64,000 nucleotides of DNA from Octopus bimaculoides (Eukaryota), in contig NC_068997.1 of assembly GCF_001194135.2 (NCBI RefSeq), positions 31,763,924 through 31,827,923 on the forward strand, given 5' to 3'. The notes under the pieces are model-generated. The model searched no databases and was not told where the DNA came from. It saw only the letters and a program-made list of their open reading frames with translations. Below are positions 12,511-25,467 of this stretch, piece after piece; the stretch's first letter is position 1, and each line of letters opens with the position of its first letter. The translations under genes and the position numbers were made by a program.

Positions 12511-13023
12511 AGAGGAAAGTCCAATAGAAGGGAAGACAGAGGAACAAAATCACCAACGATTCACATGTGGTTGCATTTTGAAAAACAAAATATATATATA
12601 CAAGCGCTTTGAAAAGGTATCATTTCTTTTCTTATTTCTTTTATCNNNNNNNNNNNNNNNNNNNNNNNNNNNNNNNNNNNNNNNNNNNNNNNNNNNNNNN
12701 NNNNNNNNNNNNNNNNNNNNNNNNNNNNNNNNNNNNNNNNNNNNNNNNNNNNNNNNNNNNNNNNNNNNNNNNNNNNNNNNNNNNNNNNNNNNNNNNNNNN
12801 NNNNNNNNNNNNNNNNNNNNNNNNNNNNNNNNNNNNNNNNNNNNNNNNNNNNNNNNNNNNNNNNNNNNNNNNNNNNNNNNNNNNNNNNNNNNNNNNNNNN
12901 NNNNNNNNNNNNNNNNNNNNNNNNNNNNNNNNNNNNNNNNNNNNNNNNNNNNNNNNNNNNNNNNNNNNNNNNNNNNNNNNNNNNNNNNNNNNNNNNNNNN
13001 NNNNNNNNNNNNNNNNNNNNNNN

Positions 13024-13058
<35 letters not shown>

Positions 13059-14552
13059 TGTGTATGTGTTTGTATGTATATATCTCCCTCTCTCTCTCCC
13101 CATATATATATATATATATATAAAACAATGGAAAACAGCAAAAACACACAAAATACATGGACACACTCATCTCTCATCAGATATCAACCAAAAATCCTCA
13201 CAACACACACACAAGTAGATGGATGGACGTTTATTCCAAGTTGTAACCCACAGTTTATATTTAGGCATCTAAAATTTTGCATTAAGACAGATGTTTCCAA
13301 AGCGACAGTTATAAGGTACATGACCTTTTCTGAAATGTTCTTTACAGATCCTGACTGAAAAACTAAGAATACTCAATATCCACAAGCACTTTGATAGATA
13401 GAAAATTTTATTGATTAGAAAAATAATTCAATTAGATTAATCAAGAAAATTAGTACAGTATTTTTAAAAAAAGCATGTTTGCCATGAGATTAAAAAATGT
13501 TAAAGCAATTTATTTGAATTATAGTGAATTTGTTATATAGGTGCTGGCATGGCTGTGTGGTAAGAAACTTGCTTCCTAACCATGGATTCTGGATTCAGTC
13601 CCACTTCATGGCATCTTGAGCAAGCGCCCTCTTCTATAGCTTCAGGCTGACCATAGCCTGGTGAGTGAATTTGATAGCTGGAAACTGAAAGAAACCCATT
13701 GTATGTATGTGCGTGTGTGTGTGTGTGTGTGTGTGCGTCTTCCACCACTGCTTGACAACTGGTGTTGTTGTGTTTACATCCCTGTAACTTAGCAGTTTGG
13801 CAAAAGAGTCTGATAGATTAAGTAACAGGCCTTTAAAGTACTGGGTCGATTTATTTGACTAAAAACTCTCCAAGGCAGCACTCCAGCATGGCCACTGTCT
13901 AATGACTGAAACAAGTAAAAGATAGTGAATATCGTTAATATATATGACACAGAAGGATATACAAGCGCTTTGAAAAGGTATCATTTCTTTTCTTATTTCT
14001 TTTATCTTGCTTCTTACTCTATTTTGATAAAGAGTTCACCTAAAACATCAGTCCTACTTTTTTCCCCTTCCCTTTTTGCAGGGTTCTAATCATTATGCAC
14101 ATTTTTGATTGCCATTATTTTCTGTATTTAGATTCTGTTCATCACTTTTTAAACTTTTGTCCACCTGTTGTAGCCTATCCCATTGTCTATCTGTCCACCA
14201 CTTATTCCTCTTGTTCAATTTGTGCATGACTGTGTAGCAATAAGCTTGCTTCTCAACCATATGGTGCTGGGTTCAGTCCCACTGCATGAAACCTTCTACT
14301 ATAGCTTCAGGCCTACCAAAGCCTTGTGAGTGGATTTGGTAGACGGAAATTGAAAGAATCCCCTTGTATATGTATGTGTGTGTGTGTGTGTCTTTGAGTC
14401 TGTGTTTGTCCCCCACTACTGGTTGACAACCAGTGAGTTTACATCCCCATGACTTAGTAGTTCAACATTAAGAAAATGATAGAATAAGTACTGAAACTCT
14501 TCACAACATTGCACCAGCATGGCCGCAATCTAATGACTGAAACAAGTAAAGG

Positions 14553-14589
<37 letters not shown>

Positions 14590-14592
<3 letters not shown>

Positions 14593-15320
14593 AGTGAGAC
14601 CATAACCCGTGGCCTTTACCAGGGGTGTAGCCAGCCCACTTATGCATACCTTTCCTTCTTTGGACACAAAACCCTGCTTGCAAAGACCTGTTGAGGCAAG
14701 TGAAATCGAAACCGAAATTGAACCAAATTCAATGACTGGCACCCATGCCAACCTTCCTTCATTGGGCACAAACTCAGCTTGCGAAGACCTGTTGGGGCAA
14801 GTGAGATCGAAACTGAACCAAATTTGATGAATGGCACCCGTGCNNNNNNNNNNNNNNNNNNNNNNNNNNNNNNNNNNNNNNNNNNNNNNNNNNNNNNNNN
14901 NNNNNNNNNNNNNNNNNNNNNNNNNNNNNNNNNNNNNNNNNNNNNNNNNNNNNNNNNNNNNNNNNNNNNNNNNNNNNNNNNNNNNNNNNNNNNNNNNNNN
15001 NNNNNNNNNNNNNNNNNNNNNNNNNNNNNNNNNNNNNNNNNNNNNNNNNNNNNNNNNNNNNNNNNNNNNNNNNNNNNNNNNNNNNNNNNNNNNNNNNNNN
15101 NNNNNNNNNNNNNNNNNNNNNNNGCCTTCATGCCAATGGCATGTAAAAAGCACCCACTACACTCTCGGAGTGGTTGGCATTAGGAAGGGCATCCAGCTGT
15201 AGAAACTTTGCCAGATCAGATTGGAGTCTGGTGTAGCCATCTGGTTCGCCAGTCCCCAGTCAAATCGTCCAACACATGCTAGCATGGAAAGCAGACGTTA
15301 AATGATGATGATGATGATGA
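14590..15320 (+). mobile_element. RTE-associated 3' UTR/tail with an ~100-bp tandem unit, ending in (GAT)n; interrupted by an N-gap
   Basis: GCACCCACTACACTCTCGGAGTGG...CATGCTAGCATGGAAAGC.GACGTTAAA(TGA)n. Related copies near 9740-10020, 22020-22230, 23470-23700(-), 39690-39890, 40320-40620(-), 42480-42700, 52610-52880(-), 54590-54870, 56095-56420(-), 63915-64000. Confidence 0.75.
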
Positions 15321-15443
15321 TATATATATATATATATATATATACACCGGAGTAAGCACATGAAATGTGCAACAAGGTGGAAAAAAGAGTACTCAAATAC
15401 CAGAGGTAGAGTAATATGCTTTATTTAAAAACAGCAGAAATAT

Positions 15444-15497
15444 AACAAAAGACTGTTACTCTGAGTTTCACGTTTCCGTTCATCGGACAGTTTTGTT
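15444..15497 (-). ncRNA. Type I hammerhead motif, inverted sister copy of 16240-16293
   Basis: Same motif on the minus strand; stem III ACTCAGAGT is near-palindromic. Confidence 0.68.
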
Positions 15498-15770
15498 AGA
15501 AATGACAACTACCCCCCCACCTTTTTCTAGATTAATAACGTTATCATAGATACATTACTCTTTACCCCTCCACTCCATAGCTTAAGATACAATTTTTGTT
15601 ACCAGCGTATAAGTTTTTTCATGCGCGAACTTAAATGTGTATGTTGGGTATATGTATGTAGATTTGTATTCATGTATATATTTGTGCCTTGAAAATATAT
15701 GCCTACATACGTAGATTGTCTGTACGTATATATCTGTGTATTTTGATGTGTGTATATGTATATATGTGTA

Positions 15771-15813
<43 letters not shown>

Positions 15814-15839
15814 NNNNNNNNNNATATATATGTACATGC

Positions 15840-15873
<34 letters not shown>

Positions 15874-16239
15874 GTGTATGTATGTATATGTATATGTTGT
15901 AGATGGCATAGTATGCTTATATGCTATTGTAATTTTATTTTATTTTGAATACAGCGTATATTTTATTTTATTTGATTTGATTTTAATGTGTTAATTCGAA
16001 TATAATTAATTATTTACAATATGTATTTTGAGCCCATTTTTCTATTTAAGGTTTTCTTTGATATTTTTTTAAATAGGATGAATCTATATTAAATTCATTT
16101 GTTTTATTCATTACGCATCCATGACCGTTATTTGAAACGACCAATCAATGACCGTTATTTGAAACGACCAATCAAACGAATCCATGTGTTTTAAATTTTA
16201 TATCACTTTTGATTGCATTGTTATTCCTTTTCCATTTCT

Positions 16240-16293
16240 AACAAAACTGTCCGATGAACGGAAACGTGAAACTGAGAGTAACAGTCTTTTGTT
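16240..16293 (+). ncRNA. Type I hammerhead motif, variant core CCGAUGA
   Basis: AACAAAA-CTGT-CCGATGA-ACG(GAAA)CGT-GAAA-CTGAGAG-TA-ACAG-(TC)-TTTTGTT. Confidence 0.68.
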
Positions 16294-16919
16294 ATATTTC
16301 TGCTGCTTTTAAATAAAGTATATATATATATATATAAACACACACTCACACACACATGACAATCTATGTATCAAAACTTAAAGTATATACTTTGAGAAAA
16401 GCCTATTTTACTGCAGTATTTTCCTTGAGATAATGTTTCCAGAGGTCATTCAGTGATGAAAATCACAAGAATATATGAGCAGCAGACAAAAATCATCCAG
16501 TAGCAGTGGTGGTATTGTTAGATGTACATTTCTGCCTCTTTTGGGCTTCATAAGTAGGAATTGTCCACTGGCAACAGTATGTTAAGACAAAATCAGCAAT
16601 TACTGATATAGTAGGACAGTGAGTGAAAAATCACTGATGTTGCAACTAGTCAGCAAGCTGAATAAAAATTTATTAGGCAGGACAGAAGCAGTGTTAGTTT
16701 AAAATAGTAACTTGCATATCATACTTAAAGCAGATACATCATTGAAAGCTTAATTTACTGCAGTATTCATCTTGAGATAATGTCCCGCAGATGCATAGTT
16801 TTAAAAAACGTGACAAAGACCACAGTAAGTTAAGCTTTCAACAATATATCTGCTTTAAGTATGATACACAGATTATTATTTTAAACTAAAATTGCTTCTA
16901 TTGTACATAACACGCGAAC

Positions 16920-17029
<110 letters not shown>

Positions 17030-17216
17030 ACACACATAATTTAAAGTTTAGAATCGTCTGTAAAAAAAGTTAGTCTTACTATGTTGGAAATAATCATTCT
17101 TTGAATCACTGCTATAATGTTGAAGTGAAAGTCCCAAACAGTTTCTGAAACATTATCTTAGTAACAAAAGGTAACCTTAATAACAATCACATTATATCAA
17201 ATACATGACTATTTAC

Positions 17217-17364
17217 CTTGGAACTTAAGGCTGAAGAACTGGTTGAGTGTAATTTTATTGAATGAATCCAAGTCTATATCTGTATTGACAATTTTTAGCA
17301 GCTGTCTCCAATGGTGAGGGCGCAAACTAGAATTGAGCAGGCCTCTCACTATCCCCAAACAAAC
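17217..17364 (-). CDS. Dynein HC exon m: VCLGIVRGLLNSSLRPHHWRQLLKIVNTD...TLNQFFSLKFQ
   Basis: Acceptor tctccttatttcag, donor gtaaat, 148 nt, phase 0/1; LR.RHW.QL motif (here LRPHHWRQL). Confidence 0.93.
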
Positions 17365-17604
17365 CTGAAATAAGGAGATAAAGATTATTTTACAGCACTT
17401 TAATTATATCATTACAGTATCTAATCAATGCTTATTTTCATCACCTAAAAAACTGTTGTCTTTCAAAATATACCTAATTATCATTATTTCAATATACCTA
17501 ATTATCATTATTTCAACCTTACCTTAATGTGGCAAGCTGGCAGGATCATTAGCATGCCAGGCAAAATGCTTAGCAGCATTCCATCTGTCTTTATGATCTG
17601 AGTT

Positions 17605-18129
17605 CAATGTGATTTCATTAATATAATTTCTCTTAACCCTTTAGTATTTAAACTGGCCATATTTGGCCCAAATATTCTACCTGTTTTATGTTCAGGTCAG
17701 CCAGATTCAACCTCTCATACCTACCCCACAATGTCATTCTAAAATTACACAATCACACCAACTTCATGACACTACATAACACATGCACACACTATAATTT
17801 AAAGTTTAGAATCATCATCATCATCATCATCATCGTTTAACGTCCGCTTTCCATGCTAAATCGTCCAACCCATGCTAGCATGGAAAGCGGACGTTAAACG
17901 ATGATGATGATGATGATGATGATTCTAAACTTTAAATTATAGTGTGTGCATGTGTTATGTAGTGTCATGAAGTTGGTGTGATTGTGTAATTTTAGAATGA
18001 CATTGTGGGGTAGGTATGAGAGGTTGAATCTGGCTGACCTGAACATAAAACAGGTAGAATATTTGGGCCAAATATGGCCAGTTTAAATACTAAAGGGTTA
18101 AGAGAAATTATATTAATGAAATCACATTG
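17605..18129. repeat. Perfect palindrome: 254-bp arms, 17-bp spacer
   Basis: 17605-17858 is the reverse complement of 17876-18129, including an identical (ATC)8 tract. Confidence 0.9.
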
Positions 18130-19741
18130 CTGCAAAAAATGTTAGTTTTATTACGTTGGATATTATCATTCTTTGAATCACTGCTATAATGTTGAAGTGA
18201 AAACCCCAAACAGTTTCTGAAGAATCAACTTGGTAACAAAAAGTAACCTTAATAAAAACCACATTATATCAAATACATGACTTTTCACCTTAAAACTTAA
18301 GGTTGAAGAATTGGTTGAGTGGAATTTTAATGCTTTCAGTTTCCACTTATGAAACCTATTCACAAGCTTTGGATGGACCAGGCCTTAATAGAAGGCAATT
18401 GCCAAAGGTTCCACACAGTGGGACTCAACCTAGAACAAGATGAATAAATAAGCATTACATTTAATAGTGTAATCTGAATGCTAAAGGGTTAACTGATAAA
18501 AAGATAAGTTAGCTATGTTAATATCACATTTCCCTAATTGTCACACTTTAGTTTTGTCTCATCTCTTCCCCTACTAGATGCTTATACAACAAGAAAACTT
18601 ATATAGCATAGATTATATGTAGTGGCTTTGTAAAGTCTCTACATATAATCTTTACTACTATAGGTAAAAAGCCTGAAAATTTGTGAGAGGAAGAGGCTAA
18701 TTGATTATATCAATCGCATTGCTCAACTGGTACTTATTGCATCAACCTTGAAAGGATGAAAGACAGTTGACCTCAGCAGAATTTGAACTCAAATGTAAAG
18801 ATGGACAAAATGCCACCAAGCATTTTGTCCTGTGCAGTAATTATTCTGCCAGCTTGCTGCCTAATGTTTTTGTTTTTCTTTTTTTTTATATATATAATTT
18901 CAGAAATGTAGATACTTCTGAGAATTTTTATTGAGTACTATGATTTTTAAATCTGTTTCAGTTTTTGAGATCTGTGTTCTGAAAAAACAATAAAACACAT
19001 TAGTCTGGATCATTCAGGGATGAAAACATCAGTGTCTTCTCAATCATCTTCCAAAGTATACAGTTTAGATAATTTCTCTTGAAAGAAAGAATTAAATCAA
19101 ATTCTGACTTTAGTTTCCACTTTTACGTCAATAAGTAATTCTTCCGTGCTCTAAAACTATGTGATAGACCACCAGGGGCCAGACGGACAACCAGTAATCC
19201 ATAAGGTAATTTGAAGTAAATAGATATTTGGTGGTCTCAGATGTTCTCCTCATAAGTTCTATAGGCCACATTCTGAAAATGGTTGTGCTTCATTGTACAT
19301 TAAGAAATACACATACACACACACACACATATAAAATGCACATATGTGTGAGTGTGCACACACACACACACACATAAACATACTGATACACATGTATGCA
19401 TCTTCTAAAAATATTAGTACATGGAAGAAACTAATTGAAAAAATGTTGCTTTTTCTGTTGTGATCCAGAAAGCAGAGACTGAAGAAAAGAAAACAGATGT
19501 AGCAAAACCAGCAAAAATTATGTAATTATACTTGAGGAAAAGAAACACAATGAGACAAAGAGACCCAGGTGTGATTGTGAGGTAAGAAGCTTGCTTCCCA
19601 ACCGCATGGTTCCAGGTTCAGTCCCACTGTGTGGCACCTTAGGCAATTGTCCTCTACTATAGCCTCGGACTGACCAAAGCCTTGTGAGTGGATTTGATAG
19701 ACAGGAACTGAACGATGCCCGTTGCGTGCGTGCGTGCGTGC

Positions 19742-19789
<48 letters not shown>

Positions 19790-21031
19790 CTAACCCATGC
19801 TAGCAGGGAACATGAAGATTAAATAATGATGATGATATGCACATCTATTTAATTGAAGTATTTGAGACATTTTAGAAGCAAAATGCTACTCAGTGAGATT
19901 GAACCCAGAAATTCATAATTGCAAAGTGAACCGTTTAACTATTCAGCTGTAACTGTCATTACAGAAAGGAAATGCATGTTTTATACATTTCTCTTTTGTG
20001 GATGTCCATTTTATTTTACTCAGTGAATTAAACATTAAAGCTAAGAAAAATATTTGATGTTATTAAGTGAAATATTAAATCAATCACTTGCAGGTCAATA
20101 TTGATCAATACTAAATGAAGAATTAATTGCAAGCTGGCATTCAGAAGTAAATCAATCATGTTTCAATATTGATTTAAAGTATAGATGCAGATGTGGCTGT
20201 GTGGCTGTGACATTTGCTTGCCAACCACATAGTTTCAGGTTCAGTCCCAGTGCATGACTCTTTGCAAATCAAAGCCTTGAGAGTGGATTTCGCAGATAGA
20301 AACTGTAAGAAACTTGCTTTGTATATATGTGTGTATGTTTGTGTCAGTTTGTTATATCGCATGATTGTTGTAAATGAATGTCATTCATTTCCAATATTCT
20401 GTCTAGCCATGGGGAAACATATTCTTGCTTGGAAACAGGTAAGGGTTGACAACAAGAAGGACATCCAACCATAGAAAATGTGCTTCAATAAGTTCTGTCC
20501 AAACCATGGAAGTATGGAAAACTGGGCATTAATATGGAAACGATGAAGAATGATGAAAATGAACACTGCTGTTGATTCAATATCACAATCTTTTATCTTT
20601 TAATTGTTTCAGTCATTAAACTGTGGCCATGCTGGAGCACTGACTTGAATAATTTTTAATTGAATGTATTGACCCCAGTACTTGTTTTACCCTTTAAGCC
20701 TGGTACTTATATCAGTCTCTCTCTAGCTGAAGCGCTAAGCAACAAGGATATAAACAGACCAGCACCGATTGTCAAGTGGTGGTGGTGGTGGTGGTGGGGG
20801 AACAAACACAGACACAAAGACCACACATACATAAATATATGTATATACATGTATACAATAGGCTTCTTTCAGTTTCCATCTACCAGATCCACTCACAAGG
20901 TTTTGGTCCATCTCAGGCTACAATAGAAGACACTTGCCCAAGATGTCATGCAGTGGGACTGAACCCAGAACCATGTGGTTAGGAAGCAAGCTTCTTACCA
21001 CACAGCACCTTCAACATAAATTATTTAGTTT

Positions 21032-21063
<32 letters not shown>

Positions 21064-21150
21064 AACCCAATGCTGAATTTCCCCATGTTAGTTCACCCAT
21101 TGATTAAGTGTTTAGTCATTGTTGTCAAAATGGAAATATAATTTACAGAC

Positions 21151-21322
21151 CTGAAATAATTCAACTTCCTCAAGTATTTCTCTGTAGATATCAAAAAATT
21201 TCATGTCATCAGGTAAAGAGTTTAAAGATTCTATTTCTTTACTAATCTCTTCAGCAACCTGCTGAATATCAACTTTATTCCACTGGACTGTTTGCCACTG
21301 TTCATGGTTACTTCCAATGTAT
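21151..21322 (-). CDS. Dynein HC exon l: YIGSNHEQWQTVQWNKVDIQQV...LPDDMKFFDIYREILEEVELFQ
   Basis: Acceptor ttttaaatttacag, donor gtctgt, 172 nt, phase 2/0; W...W..(I/V)D and L...K..D.Y motifs. Confidence 0.92.
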
Positions 21323-21364
21323 CTGTAAATTTAAAATATTTATGAAAACTCATTGGAAAATAAG

Positions 21365-21625
21365 ACAGTATGAGAGAAAAATTGGGCGTAAGAGGCATCA
21401 GATGTAGTGTGCAGGAGAGACGATTGCACTGGTATGGTCATGTGATGTGGATGGATAAGGACAGTTGTATAAAGTATCAATTGCTAAACATGGAAGGAAC
21501 ATGTGGAATAGGTAGACATAGGAAGACATGGGATAAAATGGTGAAGACTAGCCTCAAGATGTTGAGCCTCTCAGAAGAGATGATGAGGGTCTGAGATGAA
21601 TGGCATTATGCTGTGCTTGAGAAGA
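21365..21625 (+). mobile_element. RTE-clade LINE 3' fragment
   Basis: REKLGVRGIRCSVQERRLHWYGHVMWMD...GRHRKTWDK. Confidence 0.85.
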
Positions 21626-21814
21626 TCCATCCATCTCATCAGAATTGAGACTCTTTCAAGCCTTCTCCACAACTCATCTATTTCCTTTACTTCCTACTAC
21701 ACTGGACTGATATCCTCTGTATCCAACTCATTCCCTATCTCTAATCATTTGTCACACTATTTTCACTCAGTGAACTTACTATTTTGTTTCATATTCTTGT
21801 TGTACTTGAACCTG

Positions 21815-21852
<38 letters not shown>

Positions 21853-21900
21853 TTCTCACCTTCCAGGCAGGCAAGGCATGCAGTCACTTCTTCAGCAAGA

Positions 21901-21964
<64 letters not shown>

Positions 21965-23047
21965 TGTCATAGTTTCTTTCTCCAGTCTATACCCAGCTCA
22001 TCTGAGGAGCCTTATTTTGCGGGTACTTGGTGACCTCACTAGTGCTGGAGCCAAGTAAAAAGCACACTCTATTATGTGATTAGCATTAATAAGGAAGGGC
22101 ATTCAGCTGTAGAAACCATCCCAAAGCAGACATAGACTCTGTTGGAGTCCTCTGGATCTCTGGCTTCCTGTGTAACTATCCAACCTACATCAGCAGGAAA
22201 AAATTATGTTAAATGATGATAATAATGATGATGGTAAATTGTTCAAAGCAGGAGAAAATTAATGTAATAATTGTGTCTCTGATAATGATTATTTAACCAT
22301 AATTCTCCCATTTTTAAATAGGGACTGACTCTTAACTGAAGTAGCATGTATTTGATTAAGAATTAAAAACCATGTTATTGCATATGAGAACTTTATAAGT
22401 TCAGCTTTTTTCTTCTATCTTAGCTATATGAATGGTTTCAATAATTTAATTAAATAACAAATTTTTGGATGGTTTTATAGTTCCAGTAAATAATTTATGT
22501 AGAATCTAGTAATAAATAAGTCCAAAAAACAATAACAAAGAAAAAGAATTTATTTCATTTAGACTTTATAAATATAAGAAATACAGAAAGAATTGCTTAC
22601 TGCTCAGAGCAGCCCAACCTAAAGAATGATGATCATAATGATTCTAAATCATAATAATCTCCAATTGCAATGATCTTAAATCAGAGTAATCTTGGATCTT
22701 CATTGTCATTATTGTCATTGTGATCATCAACATCATCTTCATCCTTGCTGTCATCATTGTCATCACCACCATCTTTATTGTAACCATAATGCCCATGATT
22801 CTAGTCATCATTATCTTCTTGAATCATAATGTGATGAGTATTACTCTCATCATGAAATTCAGTAGATTTTTGAATCTTCTATTTCTATAATTTCAATCAC
22901 ATCCAAGATGCTTTTTAAGAATATTAAGTTGATTCCAGTACTTGTAGATAAGTACTTTATTTTATGAACCCTAGATAATGGAAGGATAAACAGGTCTCAG
23001 CAGGATTTGAATTCACAATATAAAGAACCTTGACTAAATTCTACAGG

Positions 23048-23225
23048 CAGGGTGTTCGAACAGCCTCTTTCTTTGCCAGGGTGTTGAGCATGACATGCAT
23101 TGAAGGGATTATTCTAGGAGAGTAGTTTTTTTTTACCAGAAGCTCAAATAGAGTGAACATGTGGGTATGACTACTGAGTTCTACTGGTTTTTGTGACCCA
23201 AATGATATTACCAACTCACTACTTC
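23048..23225 (+). mobile_element. LTR fragment of the same Gypsy family
   Basis: GGGTGTTCGAACAGCCTCTTTCTTTGCCAGGG...GGAGAGTAG shared with 25260-25330 and 30780-30855. Confidence 0.6.
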
Positions 23226-23333
23226 TAATAAAATACCATTTGTGTTACCATATTTATTATTGCTTGTCTGTGATCATCAAAAAGTAATTATTCAAAAATA
23301 AAAATGTTTTCACAATGATAACAATTTTATTAC

Positions 23334-23381
23334 CTGAAAACTGTCCATGTGGTTTTCATATTAGTTAAAGCCTTTTTACAA
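23334..23381 (-). CDS. Dynein HC exon k: CKKALTNMKTTWTVF(R)
   Basis: Acceptor gatatttttcag, donor gtaata, 48 nt, phase 2/2; start of DHC_N2 (C.K.L..LK..W). Confidence 0.85.
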
Positions 23382-24949
23382 CTGAAAAATATCAAATTGT
23401 CTGATTATTATTTACTTAAAAAGACAAGTCTAATCTAATTTATAAAAATGTAATTAATATTTTGTAGTACTATTCATTGTCAATTATCAACATTTAATGT
23501 TTATTTTCTATGCTGGCATGGGTTGGATAGCTTGACAGGAACTGGCAAGGCCAGAGGCCACACCAGATTCCATAGTCTGTTTTGGTTTGGTTTCTACAGC
23601 TGGATGCCCTTCCTAAAGCCAGTCACTTTATAGTGTACTGGGTGCTTTTTACATGGCACCATCACCAGTGCTTTTTATATGGCACCAGCAAGCACACCAA
23701 TACATTTTACAAGGTACCTTGGTTTTAAGATATCAATTCTGTTGTGATAAGGGATCTTCTTCAGTAAAATAATTTTTCGAACTGTTTTGTATCAAGTTTT
23801 ATGTGTTAGTGAAGGTAAAATGGAGGTGGCAAATTATGGTATTTGCATATTGTGGTAGTAATTGTATTTATAACTGAATAGTGCTCTTACTATTGGCAAT
23901 TATGGCTATGGAACTTATAGTTGTTTTGTTGTTTGGCCAGATCTAGGTTAGGCCTGATAAGACAGCAACATGATCAAATGTGTTCCTACAAAGACCAGCA
24001 ACCACATTTTTTTTTTCTTCAGCAGAGTGTACCTAGAATTACATTAACCAATGTGTCATTCCATTTTTAAGACAGTAAGTTATAATTTTGAAGAAAATAT
24101 GGCTACTATTTCAACCAAGTTGAATGTCCATATAGAAGCCATCTTGTTGAACCTATTTCCTAGCTGGGGCAGACAAAAAGTAAACAGTATGTTTTGAATT
24201 CAGAAGCTTCATTTAAAAAGGATCCATTAAGCTGACTGATAAAAACATCCCCCACTGGCATGGCTGTGTGGTTAAGAAATTCGCTTTGCAACCACATGGG
24301 TTTGGGTTCAGTCCAACAGTATGACACCTTGATAATTCTCTTCCCTAGTAGCCTCAGGCCAACCAATGCCTTACTAGTGGATTTGGTAAATGAAAAGTGA
24401 ATGCAAGCCAATTGTGTGTATGTGTGTGCATTTCTTCACTATCACCATTGCTCAACAACCAGTGTTGGTTGGTTTATATCCCCATAACTTAGTGGTGTAG
24501 CAAAAGGAACAAATGACATAAGTACCAGACTTATGAAAAAATAGATGTTGGCATTGATTTGTTCAACTAAAAACCCTTCAAGGCAGTGTCCTAATATGGG
24601 TGCAGTCCAATGACTGAAACAAGACAAGATAAAAGATAAGACTTGATAACTAGCACATAAACTTAATGCATCTTCTCTCTGTCTTTCTTCCCACTACCAT
24701 AACAATATCTGCTTCTCTAAACTAGGATCATCTCTTTCCAGGCCCACAAAATGCCTCTGATTTTCTTCCTTTCATCATCTCTAGTCTTTCAATTACAAAA
24801 CTCTGCATCAAACATTTATTGCAATCTTTTTTTCCCAGCATGCAACACTCTGCTACATACTTTCTCTACATGCATTTACTATCATCTTTAGCCAAAAATA
24901 GCTCAGGCTACATCAATCTCACTAATCATGGAGGGTCTTCAAGGAGTTA

Positions 24950-25467
24950 GTTCTGGTGGAGGAGGTGACTGCAATCAGTACTAGGAATAACATATCAGCA
25001 GACAGAATGGCACACCACATCTTGGACGTTTGGAGGGTGGTTAGCCCCTCTGATAATAAGGGAGACGGAGAGGCCAGCCCCATGATGCTGCAAAAATCAC
25101 AAAGAGAATGCCACTCATCCAGGTGGATGGATGATTTTGAAACAGAATAGAGAAGCAGTGATTATTAGATCAGGAGGGGTGTGTGAAGGAATGAAGGGAA
25201 GTGAGGGGGAAAAATTGACAATGGGACCAGAAACAAGAAATGACATCATGTAAAGAAGTGGGGTGTTCAAACAGCCTCTTTCCTTGAGCATGACAAACAT
25301 GTTGAGGGGATAGTTTTAGGAGAGTAGTTCCTTCTGGTTAGGAGCTCAGGCAGACTGCATGTGTGAGTACAACTTTTGAGCTCTGCTGGTTCCTGAGGCC
25401 CAAAATTTGGATATACTGTTGCCAATTGCATTTTGAGGTAAGAAAAAAACCTTATTTGTGCCATACA
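24950..25467 (+). mobile_element. Second copy of the same Gypsy family (3' internal region plus LTR)
   Basis: Aligns by eye with 30450-30988; ends ...GTGCCATACA. Confidence 0.72.

Larger units (their letters stand above)
15345..16318. mobile_element. Probable Penelope-like non-autonomous element with inverted 86-bp hammerhead-bearing repeats
   Basis: 15419-15504 and 16233-16318 are 84/86 identical in inverted orientation, and each contains a hammerhead followed by AATAAA. Confidence 0.62.

Noticed and set aside
12596-12645. Identical 50-bp repeat of 13957-14006
   Set aside because: Ends exactly at an N-gap edge, typical of a scaffolding or contig-end artefact.
12550-13358. Long ORFs in the track spanning N-gaps and (TA)/(CA) repeats (also 14530-15202, 26674-27120, 29504-29982, 38501-38860, 46580-47012, 52341-52784)
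   Set aside because: Open only because of Ns and SSRs; no protein signal.
14653-14843. Two ~100-bp direct repeats as a possible CRISPR-like array
   Set aside because: Tandem units of a LINE 3' UTR with no unique spacers, in a eukaryotic context.
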